A DNA stretch of 51,070 nucleotides from a virus: positions 1 through 51,070 of IMG/VR virus record IMGVR_UViG_3300010279_000002; one strand, 5' to 3'. Both the position numbers and the translations under genes were made by a program. A model generated the notes under the pieces. The model did no database searches and was not told the origin of the DNA. It worked only from the letters and a program-made list of their open reading frames with translations. Shown here in pieces: positions 8,334 through 16,947 of this stretch (its first letter is position 1; each line of letters starts with the position of its first letter).

Positions 8334-8852
8334 ATGAAAAAATTTATCGTAAAACTCAAAAGTGATGATTCCATCATCGGAACATTTGAAACGAAAGTCG
8401 AAGCATCGGAATTTGTGACGGAAGCAATTGATGACAACCAGATTGATACCGTTTTCGATGTGGTGTGTGAGGAAAAAGACATTGATGATTATCCCCTCAC
8501 TTTCGGCGATGCTTGCAAGTTTCTCGGAATCCCTGAAAGCGCGATTGCCTTGAAAGGAGACAATGAAATCGCAAAATTCGCCGTGGCTTTCTATAAGCTG
8601 GCCATCATCGCAAAGGCATGGAACAAGATTGATGGCTTTGTGCCGAATTTCTCAAATTCCGACCAATACAAATATTTTCCGTGGTTTGTCTATGAGACCA
8701 AACATGCGGGCTTCGTGTCTGCGGTTACGTATAACACGGCTTCGTATACGGCTGCGCATTTCGGTTCTCGGCTTTGCTTCAAATCGTCCTCGACAGCTCG
8801 CAAATTCGGAGAGACATTCACGGCCTTGTACAATGAAATGTTCCTTGGTTAA
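8334..8852 (+). CDS. Remote DGR target protein (172 aa) carrying VR2
   Basis: The C-terminal segment HAGFVSAVTYNTASYTAAHFGSRLCF is encoded by DNA matching the 3' 76 bp of the TR. Every mismatch falls at a TR adenine. Confidence 0.8.
   Translation: MKKFIVKLKSDDSIIGTFETKVEASEFVTEAIDDNQIDTVFDVVCEEKDIDDYPLTFGDACKFLGIPESAIALKGDNEIAKFAVAFYKLAIIAKAWNKIDGFVPNFSNSDQYKYFPWFVYETKHAGFVSAVTYNTASYTAAHFGSRLCFKSSSTARKFGETFTALYNEMFLG
8703..8779 (+). repeat. DGR variable region 2 (VR2)
   Basis: Manual alignment to TR 46979..47055 gives 11 mismatches (12 if position 8703 is counted), all at TR adenines. Homology stops abruptly at both ends. Confidence 0.85.
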
Positions 8853-8864
8853 ACCGTTCGCCTT

Positions 8865-9314
8865 ATGGAAAAATTCATCGGTCAGGACATCGCGGATGTC
8901 AATATGAGAAAGATTTTTCTGACGGACAATGCGGATGCGGTTGTTGAAAAGACTTACATGAAGCCTTATTCCGCATCCGAACTGCAAGGGAAGAAAGAGG
9001 ATTTGGCCAATGTCTCAATCAAGATTGCGGACATCGAGCAAAAGAAGAAAGCGGCCATTGAGGGGTTCAAGGGTGAATTGAAACCGCTTCATGAGGAAAA
9101 GAACATGCTTGTGGACAGCATCAAGGCCAAAGCCGAACTCGTGACGGAACAGTGTTACAGGTTCACCGATCAGGAAGATGGCATCACGGGATTTTACAAT
9201 GCGGATGGTGCATTGATAGAATCAAGGCCGGCAACGGCGGATGAAATGCAAGGAAACCTTTTCAAAATCAACAAGAAATCAGACAACAAACAATCTAAAA
9301 TTCAGGCATCATGA
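8865..9314 (+). CDS. Hypothetical protein (coiled coil)
   Basis: 149-aa ORF with an ATG start. Confidence 0.5.
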   Translation: MEKFIGQDIADVNMRKIFLTDNADAVVEKTYMKPYSASELQGKKEDLANVSIKIADIEQKKKAAIEGFKGELKPLHEEKNMLVDSIKAKAELVTEQCYRFTDQEDGITGFYNADGALIESRPATADEMQGNLFKINKKSDNKQSKIQAS

Positions 9315-10054
9315 ACAACGAAAAAATGACATTCAACCTCGCACCCGGTATGGAAGATGTGGAAATCACCTTGCGTGAAGCCCCGGCCGCAAAAGTCCTT
9401 GATGAAAAACCCCCGGTGAAGATTGACATCACCGGAACAATCGGAGCCGTTGCGGAATGGCTTGAAAAGAGGGTGGAAGCAAGTCAATTCTCACAGAAGA
9501 ATTGCCACATCCTTGTGGACAGGGAAAAGGGCGAAATCACCCTTGTGACCAATGAAGCTGACGAATACAAGCGGGGAAAGGTAAGCGGCGCATTGAAATT
9601 CAATCCGGCATACCTTGAATTCGGAATCAACAATTCATCGGTTGTGTGGACACCCACGGAATTGGGCATGTTCTTGAAGATGAACCGCGTTTATTTCCCC
9701 GACCGCACCGAAAACATGAAGTTGGTTTCAACCCTGATGAACTTCGTGGCAACGGTGAACAATTCCATTGTGAAGTCCGTCAAGGAAAACGGAGACCGCG
9801 CGGACAATTTCAGTCAGGCCGTGGATTCCAATCTTCCAGCATCATTCACCATTCAAATCCCCGTTCTGAAAGGTGGTGAAAAAGAGACCATTGAAGTGGA
9901 GACATTCGCAAAGATTTCGGGGCGTGATGTTTCATTCATCCTGATTTCCCCGGATGCGGCCGCCTTGTTTGAGGAAATCAAGGAGACGGAGATTGACAAG
10001 CAGCTTGCATCAATCAGGGAGATTGCCCCGGACATCGCAATCATTGAAGTTTAA
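9311..10054 (+). CDS. Hypothetical protein
   Basis: 247-aa ORF with an ATGA overlap with the previous gene. Confidence 0.55.
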   Translation: MNNEKMTFNLAPGMEDVEITLREAPAAKVLDEKPPVKIDITGTIGAVAEWLEKRVEASQFSQKNCHILVDREKGEITLVTNEADEYKRGKVSGALKFNPAYLEFGINNSSVVWTPTELGMFLKMNRVYFPDRTENMKLVSTLMNFVATVNNSIVKSVKENGDRADNFSQAVDSNLPASFTIQIPVLKGGEKETIEVETFAKISGRDVSFILISPDAAALFEEIKETEIDKQLASIREIAPDIAIIEV

Positions 10055-10070
10055 TGCGGCAATGAATCGA

Positions 10071-10104
10071 AAGCCCCTTGAATTTGGGCATTTGAGGGGC
10101 TTTT
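10071..10104 (+). terminator. Rho-independent terminator-like hairpin
   Basis: The aagcccct/aggggctt 8-bp stem (10071..10078 and 10095..10102) is followed by tt. Confidence 0.5.
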
Positions 10105-10119
10105 CAGACACTTTAAGCA

Positions 10120-10896
10120 ATGAAAGAGACCTTTTATTTTCAGCATGATTTCAATGCGCGGAATGACCCCAAATTGCAATCCGTGCTGATGGACAAGGGC
10201 ATTGCCGGCATCGGAATCTATTGGTGCATCATTGAGCAGCTTTATGAACAGGGTGGGGTCTTGTCTCTTGCTCAAAGCAAAAGCATTGCATTTGCCTTGC
10301 ATGTCAAGGTTGATGAAGTCAAAAGCATCATCATTGACTTTGGCTTGTTCCAAAACGATGGCGTGAACTTCTGGTCTGATTCGGTCAATGCACGCCTGAC
10401 ACGCCGGAAAGAAATTTCAGAAAGGCGCAGGACGGCCGCTTTGAGGTCATGGGAATCAAGGAACGGTGCGCCGGAAGCTGATGCCGATGGTGATGACAAG
10501 GCAGATGATGAAGAAGCCGTTGCCGTTGCCGTTGAGCCGGTTGAAGAAGCAACGCCGGTGGAAGCCCCCGAAAGGAAACCGATGGACTACAATGCCATTG
10601 TGGACATGTATCACAAGATATGCGTTTCCTATCCCCGCATCATGAAGCTGTCTGATGAACGGAAGAAGAAAATCAAGTGCCGTTATGAGGAAATGAAAGG
10701 TGACTTGACCATCCTTGAAACGGTGTTCAGGAAGATGCAGGAATCGGACTTCATGAAATCAGGATCATGGGCATCGTTTGATTGGGTATTCAAGAACTCG
10801 CAGAATTGGATGAAAGTCTATGAGGGCAATTATGACAACAAGCCTTTGCAGGGCAAGAAACAAACCAAAGTGAATGATATATGGCCAGAGAGTTAG
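10120..10896 (+). CDS. Replication initiator / replisome organiser (DUF4373 / Lin1244-like N-domain)
   Basis: The N-terminus FYFQHDFNARNDPKLQSVLMDKGIAGIGIYWCIIEQLYEQ is followed by an acidic linker. The gene precedes the helicase-loader-like ATPase. Confidence 0.55.
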   Translation: MKETFYFQHDFNARNDPKLQSVLMDKGIAGIGIYWCIIEQLYEQGGVLSLAQSKSIAFALHVKVDEVKSIIIDFGLFQNDGVNFWSDSVNARLTRRKEISERRRTAALRSWESRNGAPEADADGDDKADDEEAVAVAVEPVEEATPVEAPERKPMDYNAIVDMYHKICVSYPRIMKLSDERKKKIKCRYEEMKGDLTILETVFRKMQESDFMKSGSWASFDWVFKNSQNWMKVYEGNYDNKPLQGKKQTKVNDIWPES

Positions 10897-11594
10897 ACAT
10901 CGCTTCAATCCTCGGAAAGATTCAGGAATATGGCATATTGCCGACCATCCGCCGCTATCAATACATGCCCTACAAGCCCGAAATCGCCATGCAAGTTGTG
11001 GAAGCCATCGGGAAATCCCGGAATCCCCGGTATCAGATTGATGAAGAAAACCGGTTCACCTATGAGAACATCATCAAGTGGGTGCATGGGGATTCATCAA
11101 TGGAGTGCTTGCACCCCGAAACGAAAAAGCGGATTCGCGGAAGCTTGCAGAAAGGCATCTATATCGCCGGCAACACGGGGACGGGCAAATCATGGTGCTT
11201 GGACATCATGGCGGCTTATTGTCTTGTGGACAACCCCCAAATCACATTGGGGCGTGAGACAAGGGGCTTGCGGTGGAAGTCCGTCAGGACGGATGTAATC
11301 TGTGACGGGTTCACCACGGCCGGGGAAATCCAGCAATACAAGACCATCCCCATCATCGCCTTTCAGGACTTGGGGACGGAGCCGGAAGAAACGGTCTATA
11401 TGGGAAACCGCGTTCAACCCATGCGGGCAATCCTTGAATACCGTGGTGATTGTTCTGACAAGATGACCTTGATAACATCCAATATCCCCTTTGCCCATGT
11501 GAGATTCACGGAAAGGTATGGTGAAAGGTGCGCTTCAAGGCTCAATGAAATGTGCAACTACTTTGAAATCAAAGGCAGAGACAGACGAAAATAA
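10881..11594 (+). CDS. DnaC/IstB-like AAA ATPase (helicase loader)
   Basis: Walker A motif IAGNTGTGKS. Position and size fit a phage loader. Confidence 0.65.
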   Translation: MARELDIASILGKIQEYGILPTIRRYQYMPYKPEIAMQVVEAIGKSRNPRYQIDEENRFTYENIIKWVHGDSSMECLHPETKKRIRGSLQKGIYIAGNTGTGKSWCLDIMAAYCLVDNPQITLGRETRGLRWKSVRTDVICDGFTTAGEIQQYKTIPIIAFQDLGTEPEETVYMGNRVQPMRAILEYRGDCSDKMTLITSNIPFAHVRFTERYGERCASRLNEMCNYFEIKGRDRRK

Positions 11595-11618
11595 TCTACA
11601 ATCTTATAATCTATTTTT

Positions 11619-12449
11619 ATGACAACTACATTACAAAACATCATCTATAAGACGGGAAAGGGGACGGTCGTGACGGATTCGGTGAAACTTGCCGAATACT
11701 TGAACCGCCGCCATTCAAACATCACAAAGGCAATTCGCCGCATCATGGAGAAATCAAGCATTGTGATGTTCTATGAGACACAATACAAGCGGAACGGCAT
11801 CCATCCGATGTTCATCATGAACCGGCGTGGATTCATTGAGGTCACACGAACCATCCCGGGAATCCAACTTCAAGTGTCCGCCATCCTCGCACGGTTTGAT
11901 GCCGTTGGTCAGGGTGTGGTTGAGCAGATGCCCCCGGCGGTGGAAGAAAGCCCGGAAAAACCGCTTGTCCTCATTGGGCAAACGGTGGTAGAAGCCCCCG
12001 AATCATCAGAAGAAGAGACGATGGCATACATCATCGAGCGGCTTGATGCCATCGGCAAGAGCCAATATGAAATCAATGCAAAGTTGGATGCCATTCTTGA
12101 CATCATTGCGGGCAAGAAGCCCCAAGAAAAGCCGGCATCCGCCATCAAGATAACCAATGAACTTGTCAGCATCGGAGAATTGGCCAAAATCCTTTGCCAA
12201 TATGGAATCACCACGGGTGAAATGCGCCTTTTCCAATGGATGCGAGACCAACAGTTCCTTTGCGCGATGGGGTCTGAATACAATTTGCCCCGTCAGAAAT
12301 ACATCGAACAAGGTCTTTTTGTCATCAAGGCATCCCGCGTGCGGCTCCCGAATGGGCAAATCGTGGAGAAAAACACCACGAAAGTGACGGCCAAAGGCCA
12401 AGAATACTTCATCAATAGGTTTTTATACAATCAACAGCAAGGAAAATGA
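11619..12449 (+). CDS. Rha-family regulator fused to a KilAC-type antirepressor domain
   Basis: The N-terminus VTDSVKLAEYLNRRHSNITKAIRRI is Rha-like. The C-terminus ...MRLFQWMRDQQFL...TAKGQEYF is KilAC-like. Confidence 0.65.
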   Translation: MTTTLQNIIYKTGKGTVVTDSVKLAEYLNRRHSNITKAIRRIMEKSSIVMFYETQYKRNGIHPMFIMNRRGFIEVTRTIPGIQLQVSAILARFDAVGQGVVEQMPPAVEESPEKPLVLIGQTVVEAPESSEEETMAYIIERLDAIGKSQYEINAKLDAILDIIAGKKPQEKPASAIKITNELVSIGELAKILCQYGITTGEMRLFQWMRDQQFLCAMGSEYNLPRQKYIEQGLFVIKASRVRLPNGQIVEKNTTKVTAKGQEYFINRFLYNQQQGK

Positions 12450-13033
12450 AAATCTACATTTCGGGAAAGATAACGGGGTTTCCCATTGATGTTGCCCGTG
12501 AGAAAATCAACACGGCCGAATCATTCCTTGAATCCGCGGGATTTGAGGTTGTGAACCCCCTGAAAAACGGTCTTGCGGTCTCGGAGCCGTGGGAAAGGCA
12601 CATTGTCAAGGATGTCGAATTGCTCATGTCTTGCGATGCCATCTACATGCTTGATTGCTGGCGGTCATCGCGTGGGGCGCGGATTGAATACAATATCGCT
12701 CTGGAAACGGACAAATACATCCTCTTTGAAACTGCAATCATCAACAGGGACTTCTCCATCATGCTTTTGCAGAATGCCATCCATGAGGTCACGGGGCTTA
12801 AATTCGGGGAGTATGACAATGATTCCCGGAAGCAAGATTGTGTCTTTGCCCGAATGATTTTCATCTACCATTGCAGAAAGAGCAACAAGATGAAGTTGTC
12901 GGAAATTTCCAAGTACATTCACCGGACGCATTCGGCCATTCTTCATTTGCTCGAAGTCTATTCGGATGAATACAAGTACAACAAGAACTTTCGTGTCATT
13001 GCCGACAGGGTGGATGATATATTGAACAAGTAA
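12446..13033 (+). CDS. DUF4406 (nucleoside deoxyribosyltransferase-like) domain fused to a DnaA-domain-IV-like HTH
   Basis: The N-terminus is MKIYISGKITG...YMLDCWRSSRGARIEYNIA. The C-terminus ...FARMIFIYHCRKSNKMKLSEISKYIHRTHSAILH resembles the DnaA C-terminal HTH. Confidence 0.5.
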   Translation: MKIYISGKITGFPIDVAREKINTAESFLESAGFEVVNPLKNGLAVSEPWERHIVKDVELLMSCDAIYMLDCWRSSRGARIEYNIALETDKYILFETAIINRDFSIMLLQNAIHEVTGLKFGEYDNDSRKQDCVFARMIFIYHCRKSNKMKLSEISKYIHRTHSAILHLLEVYSDEYKYNKNFRVIADRVDDILNK

Positions 13034-13046
13034 ACCATTACAATCA

Positions 13047-14123
13047 ATGAAATATCAACCCCACAAATTCAACTACCGTTGGACACTGAAAGATGCTGTC
13101 TTTACAAAGGATAAAGGCAAGGTTTTTTCGTGCTTTGCATGTGGTGGAGGCAGCTCAATGGGCTACAAATTAAGCGGTTACAATGTTATAGGCTGCAATG
13201 AAATTGACCCCCGCATGATGTACACTTATTGTCAGAATCACAACCCGCGTTTCAACTTCTTGGAGCCGATACAGACATTCAAGTTGCGTGATGACTTGCC
13301 GGATGAATTGTACCAGCTTGACATCTTGGACGGTTCACCGCCATGTTCGACATTCTCAATCGCCGGAAGCCGGGAAGATGCATGGGGCGTGGAAAAGAAG
13401 TTCAGAGAGGGTCAGGCATCACAAGTCCTTGACACACTTTTCTTCGATTTCATCGACCCTGCAAAGAAGTTGCAGCCCAAAGTGGTGATTGCGGAGAATG
13501 TGAAAGGACTGTTGCTCGGTGAGGCGCAAAAGTATGTGGCAAGAATCTATGAGGATTTTGACAAGGCCGGATATATGGTGCAACATTGGCTTTTGAACGG
13601 TGCGACAATGGGCGTTCCACAAAGGCGTGAAAGGGTGTTTTTCGTATGCTTGCGGAAAGACCTTTGCGCACCTTTCTTGAAACAAGTGAATCTATTTGAG
13701 GAAAAGCCAGTATTGGAAATGGAGTTCAATGAAGCGCCAATCCTCTTTGGGGAATTCGCCGATTTTAACGGGAGGATGTGTGAAAGTCCCATTGTCCGCA
13801 AGCTGTGGGACAACCGCCAAAGGGGTGATGTCTCACAGGGCGATGCGAACTTGCGCTTGTACGGCAAGGAAGCCAATTTCAACCAGCAATATGTCTATCT
13901 TGACAAGGTTTCCCCGACATTGGCATCAAAGGAGACATGTCTCGTGCATTTTGAACAACCCCGGTATTTGTCGGCATCGGAAGTGTGTTGTCTTTCGACA
14001 TTTCCTCTGGATTATAACTTTTGTGGCCAATCCCCGCACTACATCTGTGGAATGAGTGTGCCGCCGCTTATGATGGCGCAAGTGAGCAATCAAGTATGGT
14101 TGCAATGGTTATCTAAATTATGA
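13047..14123 (+). CDS. dcm: DNA (cytosine-5)-methyltransferase (orphan)
   Basis: Motif I FSCFACGGGSS, motif IV GSPPCSTFS, motif VI AENVKGL and motif VIII QRRERVFF are all present. No adjacent endonuclease is evident. Confidence 0.9.
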   Translation: MKYQPHKFNYRWTLKDAVFTKDKGKVFSCFACGGGSSMGYKLSGYNVIGCNEIDPRMMYTYCQNHNPRFNFLEPIQTFKLRDDLPDELYQLDILDGSPPCSTFSIAGSREDAWGVEKKFREGQASQVLDTLFFDFIDPAKKLQPKVVIAENVKGLLLGEAQKYVARIYEDFDKAGYMVQHWLLNGATMGVPQRRERVFFVCLRKDLCAPFLKQVNLFEEKPVLEMEFNEAPILFGEFADFNGRMCESPIVRKLWDNRQRGDVSQGDANLRLYGKEANFNQQYVYLDKVSPTLASKETCLVHFEQPRYLSASEVCCLSTFPLDYNFCGQSPHYICGMSVPPLMMAQVSNQVWLQWLSKL

Positions 14124-14124
14124 C

Positions 14125-14132
14125 TAAATTTG
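14125..14132 (+). promoter_or_regulatory. Candidate -7 box TAAATTTG
   Basis: Matches TAnnTTTG and is followed by the inverted repeat tgtat-N7-ataca at 14131..14147. Confidence 0.3.
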
Positions 14133-14153
14133 TATCACTATAATACAAAAGGC

Positions 14154-14285
14154 ATGAAATTATTTTTCTTTGACTTGGAAACGACCGTGGCAAAAACCCT
14201 CGGTTTGTGCGTGGAAGATTCCCACCTGCACGATGCCCAATATGACATCGAGTTGACAAAAATGATTTATGACATAGTAAAGTAA
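14154..14285 (+). pseudogene. 43-codon remnant of a DnaQ-like 3'-5' exonuclease (Exo I and Exo III motifs only)
   Basis: The product MKLFFFDLETT...HLHDAQYDIELTKMIY has an FDLETT (Exo I) motif and an HxAxxD (Exo III) motif about 20 aa apart. They are normally about 130 aa apart. Confidence 0.3.
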
Positions 14286-14291
14286 AGACAG

Positions 14292-14840
14292 ATGGACAAC
14301 TACTTGGATTTTGTATTTCTTTCGCAGAAAGCGCATGAGAATGCCGTTAGCCACGGTTTTTGGGATGAAAGGCACCCGACTGAACATTGCCTGATGCTTA
14401 TAATCACGGAGATTTCGGAGGCCGTTGAAGCTGACAGAAAAGGCAGGAGGGCGGATGTGGAAATGTATGAAGCCGAGCGTCTCGCTGACATGGATTCAGG
14501 CAAGGCGTTTGAAAGGCACATCAAAGACACGGTGGATGATGAATTTGCCGATGTAATGATTCGACTTGCAGATCAAGCAGGAGCATTGCACATCGATTTT
14601 GACAAACTCATGACCCCGCGTTATTTCCGGCAGTTCAGTAATTACCTCTTCACGGAAAATGCCTTTGCTCTTGTCAAGGGTCTTTGCCGTCAGGACATCA
14701 ACATCAACAAGCGCATCCAATGGGGGCTTGTGTATGTGAAGATGTGGTCGGAATCCTTGCATATCAACATCGCATGGCACATTGAGCAAAAAATGAGGTT
14801 CAATGCCACGGGGGAAGCCAAACACGGCAAGGCATATTAA
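14292..14840 (+). CDS. MazG-like nucleoside triphosphate pyrophosphohydrolase
   Basis: The pattern EISEAVEA...DEFADVMIRLADQAG resembles the EExxE...D metal-binding helices. Confidence 0.65.
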   Translation: MDNYLDFVFLSQKAHENAVSHGFWDERHPTEHCLMLIITEISEAVEADRKGRRADVEMYEAERLADMDSGKAFERHIKDTVDDEFADVMIRLADQAGALHIDFDKLMTPRYFRQFSNYLFTENAFALVKGLCRQDININKRIQWGLVYVKMWSESLHINIAWHIEQKMRFNATGEAKHGKAY

Positions 14841-14848
14841 TAAAGCAG

Positions 14849-15028
14849 ATGAAAACAATCATCATCACACAAGACCCCATCACGGGTGAAAGGGCGGCAT
14901 TTGAAACGGAATGGTTCGATGATAGCCGTTGGAATCCTGACAACATGGTCGCGGCCATCCTCCCTTACAAGCATCTTGTCACCTTTGATGGGGAAACTTG
15001 GGTTGACATTGAGATAAGCAACATCTAA
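14849..15028 (+). CDS. Hypothetical protein (59 aa; below the ORF-track cutoff)
   Basis: Hand-translated as MKTIIITQDPITGERAAFETEWFDD...EISNI. It fills an otherwise empty gap on the coding strand. Confidence 0.4.
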   Translation: MKTIIITQDPITGERAAFETEWFDDSRWNPDNMVAAILPYKHLVTFDGETWVDIEISNI

Positions 15029-15043
15029 AATTACAATTGCACT

Positions 15044-15436
15044 ATGTTACAGCTTGAAATCATCGGCAATCTTGGAAACGATGCCGAATTTAAGGAGTTC
15101 AGCGGCAAAAAGTACGTGTCTTTCAATGTCGCGCATTCAGAGAAAAGGAAAGATGTAAATGGCACAATGGTGGAATCAACAACGTGGGTTTCTGTCTTGT
15201 GGTACGGCGATGGTGGCGGTCTTACTCAATACCTCAAAAAAGGTTGCAAAGTATTCGTCCGTGGTCGCTTGTCAGTGAAGCCTTACCAAGACAGGAACAG
15301 AAATACCCAAGTTGCGGTCAAGGTGAACGCCAATGAAGTGAACTTGTGCGGTCTGAAAGGTGAACAATCCACCACAAGCAGTTCCCCGGCACAACAGGCA
15401 GCGTCCGTGCAATCTGAAGATGATTTGCCATTCTAA
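15044..15436 (+). CDS. ssb: Single-stranded DNA-binding protein
   Basis: OB-fold N-terminus (IIGNLGNDAEFKEF...TTWVSVLWYG), a Gln/Ser-rich linker and an acidic tip DDLPF. Confidence 0.9.
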   Translation: MLQLEIIGNLGNDAEFKEFSGKKYVSFNVAHSEKRKDVNGTMVESTTWVSVLWYGDGGGLTQYLKKGCKVFVRGRLSVKPYQDRNRNTQVAVKVNANEVNLCGLKGEQSTTSSSPAQQAASVQSEDDLPF

Positions 15437-15447
15437 AAGCCACAATT

Positions 15448-15798
15448 ATGGAGAATTATTTGCGAGAATTTACAATTCACTTTAATGAGGATAATCAAAC
15501 CGCATTCATTGTGGGGTATGATGGTCAATCAATGGTATGTCTTACAGATTCAACAGATGATAACATTACATCCGTTATATTTAATCTTCATGTTTCCCAA
15601 AAGTCAAGAAAACAGGGAATTGGCACGGAAACAATGAAGTATGTGTTGGATGTTGCAAAAGTAGCAAAACATAAGACCGTTGGATTAGAAGTAAAGACAG
15701 GTTCTTGGATGGAACAATGGTATAAAAGGCGATTTGGTTTTATTGATTATAGTGAATCAACCCGTAAGGGGTATAAATGGCTTGTTAAAAATGTGTAA
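15448..15798 (+). CDS. GNAT-family N-acetyltransferase
   Basis: Motif A SRKQGIGTETMKYVLDVAK. The product is 116 aa. Confidence 0.65.
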   Translation: MENYLREFTIHFNEDNQTAFIVGYDGQSMVCLTDSTDDNITSVIFNLHVSQKSRKQGIGTETMKYVLDVAKVAKHKTVGLEVKTGSWMEQWYKRRFGFIDYSESTRKGYKWLVKNV

Positions 15799-15809
15799 AG
15801 ATAAAAGTG

Positions 15810-16301
15810 ATGAAGTATGATATAGTCATAGGAATTGACCCTGATGCGGAGAAATCGGGCGTTGCATTCTTGGAAACCGCCACACGCAAGCTGGAAGTGA
15901 CAACATTGACATTCCCGGACTTGCTTGATTATTTGCGTTTCTGTCAAGGCGAGGCCACGGAAAGCGGCCAAACCCTCATTGTCGTCGTGGAAGCCGGGTG
16001 GATGGTGGAGAAATCCAACTATCACCCATTTCAAGGGCATCGGGCGGAAAAGATTGCAAGGGATGTGGGGCGCAACCATGAGACCGGCCGCAAGATTGCG
16101 GAAATGTGCCGCCATTGGGGAATCAATGTCTTGGAGCATCATCCATTGAAAAAGATGTGGAAAGGCAAAGACGGCAAAATCACCCATGAGGAATTGGCGT
16201 TTTTTACGGGGTTGTCGGGCCGCACCAATCAGGAATCAAGGGATGCCGCATTGCTTGCATGGGAATATGCCGGATTGCCTTTGAGGGTGAAAGTTCAATA
16301 A
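15810..16301 (+). CDS. RuvC-like Holliday junction resolvase
   Basis: IGIDPDAEKSGVA...VVVEAGW...ESRDAALLAW fits the catalytic D/E/D arrangement of the RuvC fold. The ATG is at 15810; the track start is a GTG. Confidence 0.5.
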   Translation: MKYDIVIGIDPDAEKSGVAFLETATRKLEVTTLTFPDLLDYLRFCQGEATESGQTLIVVVEAGWMVEKSNYHPFQGHRAEKIARDVGRNHETGRKIAEMCRHWGINVLEHHPLKKMWKGKDGKITHEELAFFTGLSGRTNQESRDAALLAWEYAGLPLRVKVQ

Positions 16302-16328
16302 CTTGACAATAACTTTTGGTGTGATGAC

Positions 16329-16343
16329 GTGTTACTATGACAC
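16329..16343 (+). promoter_or_regulatory. 15-bp inverted-repeat element GTGTTACTATGACAC (copy A); it could also act as a terminator stem
   Basis: It lies within the hairpin gacgtgt-N7-acacgtc and is followed by a T-run and a -7 box. Related copies are at 28537, 28633, 28663 and 45225. Confidence 0.5.
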
Positions 16344-16351
16344 GTCGTTTT

Positions 16352-16359
16352 TATTTTTG
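16352..16359 (+). promoter_or_regulatory. Candidate -7 box TATTTTTG for the packaging/late operon
   Basis: Matches TAnnTTTG and overlaps the 13-bp palindrome at 16356..16368. Confidence 0.4.
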
Positions 16360-16368
16360 CATTGCAAA
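16356..16368. promoter_or_regulatory. Perfect 13-bp palindrome TTTGCATTGCAAA (copy 1)
   Basis: An identical 13-mer occurs at 28610..28622. Both copies are intergenic. Confidence 0.5.
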
Positions 16369-16943
16369 TGCAAAACAAAAGCAACATTATGAGACCTATT
16401 GATTTTCCCGAATCCACGAAAACATTGTCAATGCCGGCCGAAATGACCGATGCGGAATGCCGCTCGCTTCCGGTATGGAATGACGGCAAGGAATGCATAT
16501 CAGTATGGAAAGCAGGATGGAAAGAGAGGTTCAACATTCTCTTGACAGGCCGCGTATTCCTTGGTGTCCTTTCAGGCAAGACACAACCCCCGGTGTGGGT
16601 GGGTGGTGTCACACCTTTTCAGAAAGCCCCGTTAAAAGCCCGTTCCGCTGACTTTTGGGCAAAGATATGGCGGGCTGTCAAGGTTGCGTTCAAAAGGCTT
16701 GCAGGAGGCTTCAAACAGCCAGACAAGCGCAAGCATTTCGTCGCCGGCGTAAGCATTTCCCTTGTGGTGGGCATTTTTTGTCCCCTTTTGGGAGTCATCG
16801 TCGCAATGGTTGCCGGCGCATTAGAGGAATGGTGGGATTCAAAAGGACATGGAACGGTGGAAGCACTTGATTTCATCTTCACTTCTCTCGGAGCATTGTG
16901 CGCCTTTCCATTCTCTTGCATCATCCACCTTCATGTTTTCTGA
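16368..16943 (+). CDS. Hypothetical membrane protein
   Basis: ATG at 16368 (the track start at 16362 is a TTG). The C-terminal half has 2-3 hydrophobic helices. Confidence 0.5.
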   Translation: MQNKSNIMRPIDFPESTKTLSMPAEMTDAECRSLPVWNDGKECISVWKAGWKERFNILLTGRVFLGVLSGKTQPPVWVGGVTPFQKAPLKARSADFWAKIWRAVKVAFKRLAGGFKQPDKRKHFVAGVSISLVVGIFCPLLGVIVAMVAGALEEWWDSKGHGTVEALDFIFTSLGALCAFPFSCIIHLHVF

Positions 16944-16947
16944 TGTC

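Noticed and set aside
16326-16350. Hairpins at 16326..16346 and 45225..45239 as plain terminators only
   Set aside because: This reading is not fully rejected. The same 15-bp sequence recurs at sites with no terminator logic (28537, 28663) and at a fixed distance from -7 boxes, so a protein-binding role is favoured.
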